This document shows positions 9,925 to 20,655 of a stretch of DNA of 64,000 nucleotides, in pieces. Origin of the DNA: Perkinsela sp. CCAP 1560/9 (lineage: Eukaryota > Protista > Euglenozoa: Kinetoplastea); NCBI GenBank assembly GCA_965644495.1, contig CBFFSA010000014.1, positions 124,001-188,000 on the forward strand, in the 5' to 3' direction. The notes under the pieces are model-generated. The model did not search any database. It was not told the DNA's origin and saw nothing but the letters and a program-made list of their open reading frames with translations. A program made the position numbers and the translations under genes. Positions within the stretch are counted from its first letter, which is position 1. Each line of letters begins with the position of its first letter.

Positions 9925-10554
9925 CTACGCAACAATAATCGCAGTTTTTCTAAAATGATATATTTGCAATGATACAGGCAAAATGCTTTTCTTGACAGTC
10001 CCGTATAAGCCTTTGTTCCATTCCAAATGAAGTACAGAAAGCAAGGGTGGAAGGGAATGAAATTCTACAAGTCCACTGAAATTATTGTGGTTTAGACGCA
10101 AGTCTTCTAAAGACTCAGGGAGTTGAATCAAGTTTACGTTCCCGTAAAAGAGGTTGCCACCTAGGTCAAACTTGATAAGCCTTGGCGGCAACTTGTCAAA
10201 AGGTACCGTTCCCTCAAGAAGATTTTCAAGTTCTCCACAGGAAAACACGTTTTCACCAAGATTTAGTTCGAGTAAGGTTTGGGGAAGGTCCTGGAAAGCG
10301 ATTGTGCCTTTTAACCATTCGCCAGGCCAACTAATTGAAGTGATCTCTCCGTGCTCTTCGCATTTTACACCTTTCCATGTAGAGATAGGCTTATCAACCT
10401 TCCACGAAATATCTGGACTTTGTATTCCTTGGATAAACTTTTCCATTACCAACTCTTGTGGAAGAGTGAAACGACGGGCTTTCCCCAGAATGGTAGACTT
10501 GACCTCTGCGTCTGCGCCTTTTACAAAGTTTAAACACCCGTTCATGAATTGCAT
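9925..10554 (-). CDS. Leucine-rich repeat protein (tandem paralogue)
   Basis: Same family; likely start MQFMNG at 10554. Confidence 0.9.
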   Translation of the reverse strand: MQFMNGCLNFVKGADAEVKSTILGKARRFTLPQELVMEKFIQGIQSPDISWKVDKPISTWKGVKCEEHGEITSISWPGEWLKGTIAFQDLPQTLLELNLGENVFSCGELENLLEGTVPFDKLPPRLIKFDLGGNLFYGNVNLIQLPESLEDLRLNHNNFSGLVEFHSLPPLLSVLHLEWNKGLYGTVKKSILPVSLQIYHFRKTAIIVA

Positions 10555-11182
10555 TACACGAACGAATAGTTGAAAAAATGAACCGAAGTTCAGTAGATTC
10601 TGCTTAGAAATGTGTACCGCGAAAACTATCGCTTGGAAAGCTTTCAATAAAAATGTATACTCATCAATGTAGATCAAGAGGTCCTACAAAAAAATAGTAT
10701 TTCCCAGTTTTTGTTGATGCCCTGGACTTAGCTCCGAGTAAATTAAGCATCATGAGCACAGCTAAACATTTTTCGCTTCCATGTGTAAGTAAAATTATGT
10801 TTCGTATATACACTGTATATTATAATGTGTACCTGGTTGGGCATAATGCATGTATCGGCTCTCCACGTGAATAAGAAGTACATAGTGTATATAATGAAGT
10901 GAATAAGAAGCAATTCCCTATGAACACACCAAAAAGAAAAAAAAACTAAATGGAAGATATTATTTTTTAGGAATAGTAGGAATTGCAAGACTTACTTTGT
11001 ATCTTATCTCCCTCGCCCTACGTGGCTGAGTTTTAAACAAAATAGCATTGCAAGCGTAATGTACATCCGCGTTGTATATCGCAATGTATCCGCGCTCCCC
11101 TTTAAATAAGGGCAGAACGATGGTAGTGATTATAAGTCGTTGAATAAATGATAATTTCATAAAACGACTGATATGTGCTTGG

Positions 11183-12022
11183 CTAGAAAGATGATACCTC
11201 ATGGCATATAGTGCATTCCATTAAGAGCGTTTGTTTGTCTTGGTACACTCCAGTAATCTTTGTTTCGGCCGGATCAAAGTGGTTCTCCTCGAAAATAAGC
11301 GTGTAACCAGCAGGAACTGGGCATAACACCTGTAGTAGCCCCCAAAAATGATTTTCTCTAGCTTCCAAAAATAAATTGGGTGATACAGGCAGACTAGTGA
11401 TCAAGACATGCCCAGTGCATCTATTCCTGGCTAAAGAAAGATGTAAAATTCCTGATGGAAGAAAATTAAAATCTGGTGTCCCATTGAATTTATTCGCTGT
11501 AAGTGTGAGTCGACGAAGGACTTCGGGTAGAGATACAAGAGATAAATGCCCTTCCAAATAATTTCCATGAACGTCAATTTCGCAGATGCTTGAAGGAAGT
11601 TCGTCCAAAGGAAGTATACCCAAATGTCGATTTCGCCGAACTATAACGGTTAGAATCCCTAGAGGAAGTTGCTGAAAATCGAGAGTACCCCCAATAAACA
11701 CATTTTGTGTTATTTCTATGGTCTTTATGGTTCGAGGCGCAGAGCCCCAAACTAGACTGCCTTTGAAACCACGGCGAGACCATCCAATACGTGTGACCTC
11801 TCCATCCCAGTCACATGACACGCCATACCACGAACAGATAGGATTCGTTTCGTTCCAAGAGGAATGCGGGTTTTCAATTCTAGAAAAGAATTGACGCAAG
11901 AGAAATTCATTTGGAAGCAGCGATACCCCAGTTTTTCCTCGGAGTGCAGGCGCCCGGGTGCCTGAGGTATGAGGTTCATCACGACTACAAAGGAATTGAA
12001 TCGGTAGACACAACCCGGACAT
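11183..12022 (-). CDS. Leucine-rich repeat protein
   Basis: HSSW...ICSWYGVSCDWDGEV N-cap plus about six LRRs. Confidence 0.9.
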   Translation of the reverse strand: MSGLCLPIQFLCSRDEPHTSGTRAPALRGKTGVSLLPNEFLLRQFFSRIENPHSSWNETNPICSWYGVSCDWDGEVTRIGWSRRGFKGSLVWGSAPRTIKTIEITQNVFIGGTLDFQQLPLGILTVIVRRNRHLGILPLDELPSSICEIDVHGNYLEGHLSLVSLPEVLRRLTLTANKFNGTPDFNFLPSGILHLSLARNRCTGHVLITSLPVSPNLFLEARENHFWGLLQVLCPVPAGYTLIFEENHFDPAETKITGVYQDKQTLLMECTICHEVSSF

Positions 12023-12314
12023 AATAAAATAGAATTTACTACTCCAACCAAAAATAAAACAAGACTGAAATTAAATTTAGACTTGAATATTAAAACTGTA
12101 AATGAATTTAGACCCCACTTTTTCTACTCGTAGCACTCTTGATAGTCAAATTTGTGCAATGCGGGGTCAACGAGATTGCACCTTCAGTGACTCATGCATA
12201 CATCGCAGGAGGTACACTTGGCATTCGTGCATTTCGTCAGGTATGTAGAACACGCACAATATAGCCTCCTGGGCGAACTCCTTTTCCAACTCTGGACATT
12301 TCTTTCATTATGCG

Positions 12315-13076
12315 TTATTCACCCCCCAACTGTCTACCTTTTCCCCAATGTGTTGACCTGCGAGTGCCCAACCACCCCGCTGAATGAGACGTAGGGTTTG
12401 CTGAACTCACCCCGGTGGATCCTTGAAACCGACGTGGGTCATGTTGCCTTGTCCCCGGGAACAGCTTTTCCACCCATCGGGGAGTGCGTAGCGGATTGAA
12501 CCGCGTGAGCTGCGGAACCACATCCCGTAAAAAGAAGAATACGTGGCCCGTGACAATCCCCACCACGTCATCCGTCGGGGTCCCGCCCATAAGAAGGTGG
12601 AAGGCGACCATCACCCACGGGAAGTGACGTGCGCGGAAGGCAAACCCATAGAGTGTCACGAGCTGCTCCTCGTGACGTTTGCACCAGACCCACAAAAGGG
12701 ACATGGTCAGCGGAATTCCCAACCATCGCAGGGGGAAGAAAACGGAGAGCGTGAGTAAACCGGCGTACATCGAAAGAAGACAGAAGAGGTAGTCCGGCAT
12801 GCGTCCCCGGTAGTCCTCCTCTAACCGTTGTTGATAAATCACCAACATGGCAATATTAAGGAGAGTGGGGAAATTTAGTGGACCGAGGAACAGCCCAGAG
12901 GTAAGGGGACGCCAGATTTCTCCCTGAAGAGTACGATGCCAAGAAAGCATGAGTTGCGTAGGAGAGAGAACCCCGAGACGGGTGGCCACTGACAGTCCAG
13001 CGGACCCTATTAATGTTGTTCGCGTGAACGGACCCAGAGAAACCCACCAGGATTCAAAGGATTGTGCCATAGACAA
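12315..13076 (-). CDS. Derlin (Der1-like ERAD membrane protein)
   Basis: GPFTR, GEIWRPLTS, LEE, FPWV, GIVTGHVFFFL, PLRTP and WGKGRQLG (SHP-box-like) motifs. Confidence 0.92.
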   Translation of the reverse strand: MSMAQSFESWWVSLGPFTRTTLIGSAGLSVATRLGVLSPTQLMLSWHRTLQGEIWRPLTSGLFLGPLNFPTLLNIAMLVIYQQRLEEDYRGRMPDYLFCLLSMYAGLLTLSVFFPLRWLGIPLTMSLLWVWCKRHEEQLVTLYGFAFRARHFPWVMVAFHLLMGGTPTDDVVGIVTGHVFFFLRDVVPQLTRFNPLRTPRWVEKLFPGTRQHDPRRFQGSTGVSSANPTSHSAGWLGTRRSTHWGKGRQLGGE

Positions 13077-13194
13077 AATAGAGTAAGATCTGTTGTCTAA
13101 TCACATACAATGTACACTGGCCTGCCGAAATAAAGAAGGGCACGTCGAAACATGTAGATATTTTATTTTCTGTGTAAACTAGTAATAGAATCGA

Positions 13195-13444
13195 TTTTGG
13201 GCCAAAATGGCCAAATCTTTGTTACTGGGGGATGTGCTTTTTGGGTGAGAAAGGACCTTTTTTGTTCATGAGCGTGTTGATTTTCGGCCTATCGAACCCC
13301 ACAACCACGGCATTCGCTCCCGCGCAACCACCCTCACCCCACCCGCCCAAACACCCCCCTTCCAACGAACCTTCCTAGCTAAATGCTTGTTACTGGGGGT
13401 AAGCCGGAAAAGGGTCAAATCCTTGTTACTGGGGGGGTCTACGG
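13195..13444. mobile_element. Right end of a Tc2/pogo-like element
   Basis: TTGTTACTGGGGG three times, ending GGGGGGTCTACGG|TA; related to 43277-43596. Left boundary is approximate. Confidence 0.55.
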
Positions 13445-13556
13445 TATATGCATCATAAATATGCCGTATAAATATGCGTTATAAAAATGCTGATGGGGGA
13501 AATAAGATGACCGCATGTGGACCACAGCTTAAATTACTTCTGTTGGATTGTAAATA

Positions 13557-13735
13557 CTGTCCCCCCTCCCCTTAAGCGCACCCGGTCAGACCCCCCTGTT
13601 TAAGCGCACATAAAGTTGAGGTGGAGTCTCCGGCGCCGCGAAGCGGCGCCAAATTTTTTTTATGTACTGATTCAGACCCCCCTGTTTGAGCGCACTTTTC
13701 ACGGAAAACGAGGTGCGGTTAAACGGGGGGGACAG
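13557..13735. mobile_element. pogo/Tc2-like MITE
   Basis: TA|CTGTCCCCCC...GGGGGGACAG|TA, internal CAGACCCCCCTGTTT repeats and a GAA-loop hairpin. Confidence 0.8.
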
Positions 13736-13861
13736 TACTTTACTTTTGTAAATATCAGAATTTCGTGGTACCCAGGAGTTGCAGTCTTCTATGTCACACA
13801 CATTTTACCAAAAAACTTGGGACTCTAGTTGCAAAAGCATTTTTTTTTAAATTCAAAGATA

Positions 13862-14029
13862 CTACCCCCCCTATCCTAGCGTTGCCTGGTTTGGGAAAAA
13901 GCAACGCTAGGAGGGGGGGTCAAAAAAAAAACATTCGCCGCTTCGCGGCAAGAGAATCTTGAAGAGACAGTCTAAAAAGCAACGCTAATGAGGTGGGGGA
14001 CTGAGGCAACGCTAGGATAGGGGGGATAG
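13862..14029. mobile_element. pogo/Tc2-like MITE
   Basis: TA|CTACCCCCCCTATCCTAGCGTTGCC ... GGCAACGCTAGGATAGGGGGGATAG|TA. Confidence 0.8.
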
Positions 14030-14114
14030 TAACTTTAAATTTAAAAATAACTTGAAACTTAACTTAAAGAAGTAAAATATAAGAGTGCGGTGGCAGATCG
14101 ACTCAAACTGCGTC

Positions 14115-14961
14115 CTACACCACATCTATCTGCGTATTTTCCACTTCTAAAACAATTCCCTTGGGTAAATCGGCTAGTCTCATGCATCCACATAAGTTCG
14201 TATTGTCCTTTAGCCAACAATAATAAATGTCTTTTGGCCAATGCTCCACGTTAATCAATAGCTCAAAATTATTGTCATTCGCGTATAACTCGATTAAGTA
14301 ATCTGGGAGATTACGAAAATCCAGTCCCAGAAAACTGATTGAGAGAAAAGTCCAAGACACGTAACGTTAATGGTAAGTGACACAAATCAACCTCCCCTTC
14401 GAAATGATTGCTTTCCAACCACAATTCCACTAAATTTGGGGGCAAGGTCGAAAGATTTACATGTCCGGTAAATTCATTATGATCAAAGTAGGCTGTCTCG
14501 AGCATTCGAGGCAACATTTGCGTGTCAACCTGGCCGAAGAAGCGGTTATCGCTAAGAGCCAATGTCTTGAGCTGTTTTGGAAGACAATCCAATTCAACGT
14601 TACCTGTCACTTCACTGTTTCTCAAATGTAAAGCCATGAGAGTCAATGGAAGATACTTCCAAAGCACTGAACCACTTAATGCGTAAGTTGTAGTCCAGTT
14701 TATTGCTGTGACTTCACCCATGTCATTACACGTCACACCTGCCCATTCACATGCTGTTACGTTCGTACACCATGTGGGATGCAGACCTTCCATATTTTCA
14801 ACAAAACGAGCTAAATCGTATTCTTGTGGTAGTGTGGCACCACGAATTCTACCCGGCGCTCGCAATGTGGAGTGCGATGGGACAGCACCTGGTAATGGTA
14901 CCATTGCCTCACGTCGAATAGGTGCGTCGTCAGCTGACGTTACTGATGATAGGCGATGCAT
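14115..14961 (-). CDS. Leucine-rich repeat protein with a frameshift near 14325 (pseudogene or assembly error)
   Basis: LRR frame ...NQFSG continues as LDFRNLPDYLIELYANDN in the 14115-14360 frame. Confidence 0.8.
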
Positions 14962-15359
14962 ATACAGATTTTACGTCTGTGGTAGAGAGTATGTAATGAT
15001 ACGTATGAATTTGTGATAATAGGAGCAGAAAAGGCTCTTCAATAAAGTCCTCCTGTACGAAAAAAAATGCTTTTTTAATCTTTTAATACTGAATACTTTT
15101 TATACTGAATATAACCTTTTAGTACGTTTGTTTACTTCGCCATATAGGTACATACTCGTATTACGAAAAGAGCTTAGTGATGAAAGAGTTAAAGACATCC
15201 AACAAAAAAAGAATATAAGAATTATCCGGATTCGTAAAAGAAACGGATCTAATGCACTGTATTATTATGTTACGAATCCTGGTAGAAAACTAAGAGCTTC
15301 TAGAGTCACAAATTAGAATAAAAAGGGATGCAATTACAAAATCACGGACATCTACGGGT

Positions 15360-16286
15360 CTACACTCTCATTCTCATAAAATTTCTAATGCTCTTCGCAG
15401 ACGGAAACCTCGGAATTCCTGCGGCGGTGTATCTTTGAAAGCGCACCGTGACCTTCTTTCCCACCAACTCCTTCCTCTTCGTCCACCAGTACCGGCGCAT
15501 ATCCTCATCCACCCCGGGATTCGCACAAAACTTCTTCCCCTCGGAGGTGACACACACAAAGGACCCCAACGTGCCTTTAAACTTCCCTTTACCCTGTTTC
15601 GCGTCATACACGTCAAACTCTTCCTCCATGACCGGGACGTATTTCATCAAGTCCCCGCTACGCTTTCCGGGCTCGTAGCGCCCAATCGGGGTCCGCACGA
15701 TCACCCCCTCCATGCCACGGTCCAGGTACTCGTCCAGGTGCGTCTCCAGCTCCTCCTGGGTACGAAACGAGCGCACCGGGACCAACGTAATCGAGGGGAA
15801 ATTCTTTTTATGCCTCTTTACCGTCTCCTGGAGGTAATACTGCCGCTGGACGTACGGGTGCTTCCCGGGATCATTTAAAATCGTAAAATCAAACAGATGA
15901 AATTTAATTTGCTTTTGAAGTTTGTAATCCTCCGCGGTGGCGTGCTTGTGGGTCTTCTTCACCGCACTCACGATGCGCTCGAAGGGGAGGTTGGGGCCGG
16001 AGAAGTACAGCTCCCCGTCGAGGTGAATATCCCCATGAGGGCAGAACGCACGCAGGGCTCGGATGAAGACCTGGATGTCTTTATGGACGTGGTCACAGCT
16101 TTGGAATTGGATGGAGTTGCGGGAGAACAGACCCTGGGTCGACCCGACGCACCGGATGCCGTCGTACTTGGGGCAACAGTATAACTTGGGAAGGCTTCCG
16201 GATTTCACGGCCTGGAGAACGTAATCTTTTCGCTCTTGCCATTTCGTCGCAAGCATGGCGCTAAGGGGCTCAATACCGCGAGTCAT
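15360..16286 (-). CDS. Small ATP-dependent DNA ligase, kinetoplast ligase k type
   Basis: Motifs KYDGIR, LDGELY, FHLFD, EGVIVR, RSGDLMKY and PRFP; likely start MTRGIEP. Confidence 0.88.
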   Translation of the reverse strand: MTRGIEPLSAMLATKWQERKDYVLQAVKSGSLPKLYCCPKYDGIRCVGSTQGLFSRNSIQFQSCDHVHKDIQVFIRALRAFCPHGDIHLDGELYFSGPNLPFERIVSAVKKTHKHATAEDYKLQKQIKFHLFDFTILNDPGKHPYVQRQYYLQETVKRHKKNFPSITLVPVRSFRTQEELETHLDEYLDRGMEGVIVRTPIGRYEPGKRSGDLMKYVPVMEEEFDVYDAKQGKGKFKGTLGSFVCVTSEGKKFCANPGVDEDMRRYWWTKRKELVGKKVTVRFQRYTAAGIPRFPSAKSIRNFMRMRV

Positions 16287-16887
16287 GGGGAAGTAAGAGT
16301 GATGACAAAAGTGTGGTGTACAAGATGGTTTCAGTTCTATGAGTTTGAATGTACTGTTCAAATCGTTTGTGCGTTGACACGGATAAAGTGATGAAAATTT
16401 GTAAATAATGATGCAAAAGGATAAAAAAACGTTATGTTCATTAAGTACTGTATGAGGTAGTTGTGTATCTACACTCCACACCTGTATACATACAGATTCT
16501 ACATTTCAACACCTGGATCACATCTACATTTCAACACCTGGATCATCCTCATAAGGACATCCTCTAATTCTAAATTTGAACAAACGTCATAGACTTTTGA
16601 ACAAGTCTGAAATAATAAGCTGAAATAAGCTCTAACATGGTGGCGTTTACAACCTAATCTACCGCCGTCTTATTTCTACTATGTCATGGCAAGATTTATG
16701 GCAAGATAAAAAAGTCTTTATACCTCTTTAATTTCAGCCCCATAATTGTACTACATTTCTAGCAAATCAGGGTGTCACCACCAATACGACTACCGGGATC
16801 TTTGGTACTACAAACGTTGTGGCATTCTTCTACGCACCATACACATACATCTACACACATGTACACAACGTGTACATGTATTCGTTC

Positions 16888-18159
16888 TTATGTCAACGCC
16901 TGGTGCCGCAGGATCTTGTTCTCGACATATCGCGTCAAAGTTTGCCTTGGAGGTCTGCCTTTTGCGCCGGCGTCAGAGGATTTATCGAATGCACCAGAAT
17001 TTGTGACAGTTTCATCCTCATCCTCATAAAGACTCTGGAGCTCGGCCTTGTATTCTATCATATGCGTGGCGATTTCTTTTCGCCATGAATCCGGTACTCG
17101 GTCGTCGCTGAGCAAACCGTGTATAAGTTGGTAATCCCGCGCGGATGGCTTTTTTAAGTGGCGCACCCTACACGCATTTTCCAACCCAGACTTTGAGGGT
17201 TTCCCATTCTTAACGCTAGTTTGGCTTCCATAACCTTTTTCACTAAAAAAATCACTTGAGTGAAGTCCCAACCACTTGATTCGGGGCGTGGTGCTCGTAA
17301 CCCTTGTCGGAGAAAGCGACAAAGGTTGTTGTGTTCCTTCTTTACCGCCATCCTTTGTCCCTTCCAACCCTTTCCTTCGTTTTTTCACAGTACGTCCCCC
17401 CTCCTCCCCAAGCGCCTCCTCATAACAAAGCAACACACGCAACCCCGCAGGGTTATAATCCACCAACATATACGGCTCCAGACCATATTTCAGCACCAGA
17501 ACACGCACCAGCGCCCGTGTCGCGACATCAGGAAACCCACAACCCGTAACCAGCACCATGGGCAGGCGATCCCATAACATAGACACTCCGTAAACCCCCC
17601 CTTCCTCACCCACATAGTCCCCCGAAACACTCTCCTCCACCAACCGTTGCAACACACACTCCTTTTCCACAATCACTAAATACCGTGCGTGGGTGTGCGT
17701 AACATCCCCTGCGGTAAAATCCCCCGGAATCGGGGTTAGCCACGGCACCACCGTGACCCCCGGCCCCCTTCCCTGCCTCCTGCTCCCGATCCCCAACGGC
17801 ACCTGCCGCAGCACCAGCCCCCCCGTGACCCACCCCCTCGCGCGGGCCCGGATCCCGAGGCTGAGACGGGGGAGCGCGAGCCGTGCGCACAGCTCCGCCA
17901 CGGCCCGGTCCGTGTCCCGCTGCGTGACCGCGTGCCGCGGGGAGAGCCGGTAGTAGAGGTCGCGGAGGGAGCAGGCGGTGTGGGAGGCCACGTTGTGGTG
18001 GACGAGATCGAGCACCGCGAGACGGAGCGCGACGGTGGAGGGGCTGGAGCGTGTCCAGGACGCAGGGGGGGTGTGGTGGAGGAAGAGGGTGGAGAGGAGG
18101 TCGTGGATGTGGCTCTCGAGACGGGATTGGGTTTCGGAGGGGGAGGTGGGGGTGTACAT
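16888..18159 (-). CDS. SPO11: Meiotic topoisomerase VI-A homologue, SPO11-2 type
   Basis: SLRDLYY catalytic Tyr, IVEKE TOPRIM Glu, LVTGCGFPD, VDYNPAG (DxN form as in SPO11-2) and KAELQSL. Confidence 0.93.
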   Translation of the reverse strand: MYTPTSPSETQSRLESHIHDLLSTLFLHHTPPASWTRSSPSTVALRLAVLDLVHHNVASHTACSLRDLYYRLSPRHAVTQRDTDRAVAELCARLALPRLSLGIRARARGWVTGGLVLRQVPLGIGSRRQGRGPGVTVVPWLTPIPGDFTAGDVTHTHARYLVIVEKECVLQRLVEESVSGDYVGEEGGVYGVSMLWDRLPMVLVTGCGFPDVATRALVRVLVLKYGLEPYMLVDYNPAGLRVLLCYEEALGEEGGRTVKKRRKGLEGTKDGGKEGTQQPLSLSPTRVTSTTPRIKWLGLHSSDFFSEKGYGSQTSVKNGKPSKSGLENACRVRHLKKPSARDYQLIHGLLSDDRVPDSWRKEIATHMIEYKAELQSLYEDEDETVTNSGAFDKSSDAGAKGRPPRQTLTRYVENKILRHQALT

Positions 18160-18912
18160 GGGGGGAGGGAAGAAAAAAAGGTTTTTTAGCAGTTTATGAG
18201 AAAAAGGGGATGGGTTGTTTATAACTTCCCCCTTCCACCCAAAGAAAAGTCATTCCCTGCTTTTTTTTTGTGCAAGTGTCCGTTTGAGCTGATTTTTGTT
18301 GCATTTTGCAGATCTCAACACAAAGACTTTGCGCGTGAAGAAACGAAACAAAAAGAAGCGAATACGTACATTGTAAAGAAGAATTCCCATTTTGTTAGTT
18401 TTATAGAAGTTTTATACATTGTTTAAGGCGAAAGTCAAAGCTTAATACCGTATTTCTCGATCACGTTTTGGGGATGACGTAGACTCCCCCTATTATATGC
18501 TATAATGTGCTTATTTTATGCAATTTCAAAAAATGCGGGGATGGAAGGAGTAGGATTGAATATCGCTCCAATGAAAGTCAATCTTGTCTTTTTCTTTCGT
18601 GTGATCCACAAAACATCGAAATTAATTCACAGAGACTCATTTCAATCCAAAAATGTGACTTGGTGAGTCTTGACAGTGCGGTCATTGAGAGTAGAGACTT
18701 GTAGTCGATGTCTAACTGATCTTTCGAATCTGTTTCTGAGTCAGATAGGTTTACGAAGTATCACAACAAACATACTTTGTAATCGCGCTAGACAGGTCCG
18801 TGTGGCAAAAGGCTTACTCGCTAAACACAAGATCTACATGTGTGATTTGATCGTCATAAATTAATTACAATGGTATTTTTAGTTGTCCAGAATTTCGTAC
18901 ACTTGACGAGTT

Positions 18913-19200
18913 TTATTTAGGAATAGATCGAAATTTGAGTCCTAACCATGCGTCCCAAGGTGCATCCAAGATACTGCGTCGGCGCTGTACCTCAAGTGGA
19001 TCTTCAATTGGAGGGGAAAAGAACCTTTTCACAACGCCTTTCGTCCCTCCATGTAGTTCGCGCAATGCGTATAACTCATAGTAGTTGTACGCGTAAACTG
19101 CAGGAAAGAGGAATAACGGCGTTCCCAGCAGAGAAAACAGCGCAACTTTGTGCCAAAGAACATTGCGGGCGTGTCGCCGAAGGTCGGAAGTGAGTTTCAT
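18913..19200 (-). CDS. Small single-pass membrane protein, hypothetical
   Basis: ATG ORF co-oriented with the cluster; one hydrophobic segment; resembles 24915-25187. Confidence 0.6.
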   Translation of the reverse strand: MKLTSDLRRHARNVLWHKVALFSLLGTPLFLFPAVYAYNYYELYALRELHGGTKGVVKRFFSPPIEDPLEVQRRRSILDAPWDAWLGLKFRSIPK

Positions 19201-19514
19201 GTAAAGAAGTATAAGACGTCAAAACAGATTTTTAAGCTACATCAGCATTTTCAAGTTTCATTTTTCGCAAATAAAATATGAAAACACAAGTTTTGTGTAA
19301 TTGTTTTAAAAATTGTTTAAAAATTGAACTTTCAAATCTGTCTGTGAAGGGTCTGTCTTGCTAGTGACCGTCCGGAGCAATCCGGAATGATTTGGATGGA
19401 TTGGATTGCTCCCCCGTCGATCAGCTTTTCGATGAAACGCTTCAGGCATAAGGGAAAATAGAGTGTCCGAAAACCATATTTGTCCAAGCGACATCGAAAG
19501 CTTCGGATGGACTT

Positions 19515-19656
19515 GAGGGGCTGCGGGTATGATCTTGCATGATCTCACGTGATCTCGTTTTGAGGTCATCCAACCACCCTCCCGAACCAAATCCGCTCTC
19601 GATAGATCTCGCGTGATCTCACATGATCTTGTCTTGGGCCTCACCCGCAGCCCCTC
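19515..19656. mobile_element. Sola2-like MITE
   Basis: TIR GAGGGGCTGCGGGT, 4-bp TSD ACTT on both sides, internal GATCTC repeats. Confidence 0.6.
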
Positions 19657-19749
19657 ACTTCTCTACTGCCCATGAGCACTGAACAGTCCATGAGATGAAT
19701 GTACAGATGAATTCACATGTGCAGCAATGTACAGTAGAATTTTCGAATA

Positions 19750-20655
19750 CTACATTGGTCGTTGAATCCGACTATTCATAGAAGACTTCCCTATGGTATA
19801 CTTGTCGCCATCTTTAACAGCGATTTTGGTATTTCCATGAAGCCAAAATATGTCGTCTGGTAGATCCGCCCGGTCAACTTTTCCACTAAGCTCCGTGTTG
19901 TCATTCAAAGTTAGCTCCTTTAAGCCCACTGGAAGAGAATCAAGAACTACAAAACCGTCAAACATGTTCAGACTTAGATATACTTCCTCCATTGTAGCAG
20001 GAAGGTGATTCAGGTCTAAATCCCCCGATAAACGATTCCCTGAAAGTGCAAGAGTTACAAGTTTCGGGGGTAACATCTGCAGCTGCAGTTCGCCACGAAG
20101 CTGATTGCCCTGAATAGATAGGTATATGAGAGACGTAGGTAAAGAAGTCCAATTGGGACAATTTCTAAAAAGGTTCTCATCTAGAATCACTTCCTGTAGT
20201 GTCTGTGGGGCATTCTCTAAATCGGCTGTCCCGTTGAATGCATTATAGCTAAGTTTAAGTACTTCAAGCTGCGGAGGCAGACTACCAAAATCTACGTTCC
20301 CCGCGAACCCGCTTTCGACTAGGGTCAAGGTAGTCAGAGAGCCAGGTAGAAGGTCGACCATGAGCGTTGTACATAGCTCCTCAGTAGGCATGGGCCCTAA
20401 ACTTTCCCATTCAATTTTCTTTACTATACCTTGCTCGTCACAGGTAAGTCCCAACCAATCACACGCCGGATTTGAGATGTTCCAACTTTCATCGAACATT
20501 GCAATTGTACCCACGAATCGTTCTAGCAGGTATTCCTGCGGTATATTGCATGTATTTACTTTTGCAATGTGACTTTCATTGCCCTGCCTTCGTTTTTTCT
20601 TTGGTGGTTCGTTTGCATCTGCTGCTCCGATCCAGTTCCCAAGTGATACCATCAT
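19750..20655 (-). CDS. Leucine-rich repeat protein with NLS-like PPKKKRR
   Basis: Family N-cap plus about seven LRRs. Confidence 0.9.
   Translation of the reverse strand: MMVSLGNWIGAADANEPPKKKRRQGNESHIAKVNTCNIPQEYLLERFVGTIAMFDESWNISNPACDWLGLTCDEQGIVKKIEWESLGPMPTEELCTTLMVDLLPGSLTTLTLVESGFAGNVDFGSLPPQLEVLKLSYNAFNGTADLENAPQTLQEVILDENLFRNCPNWTSLPTSLIYLSIQGNQLRGELQLQMLPPKLVTLALSGNRLSGDLDLNHLPATMEEVYLSLNMFDGFVVLDSLPVGLKELTLNDNTELSGKVDRADLPDDIFWLHGNTKIAVKDGDKYTIGKSSMNSRIQRPM

Noticed and set aside
15360-16481. Possible viral or bacterial origin or contamination for the small DNA ligase and Gsp synthetase
   Set aside because: Both are expected kinetoplastid gene types, are co-oriented with eukaryotic genes and show no operon context.
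16498-16545. Short tandem duplications (also 1741-1770, 28458-28495, 34839-34872)
   Set aside because: Ordinary slippage-type duplications with no further structure.
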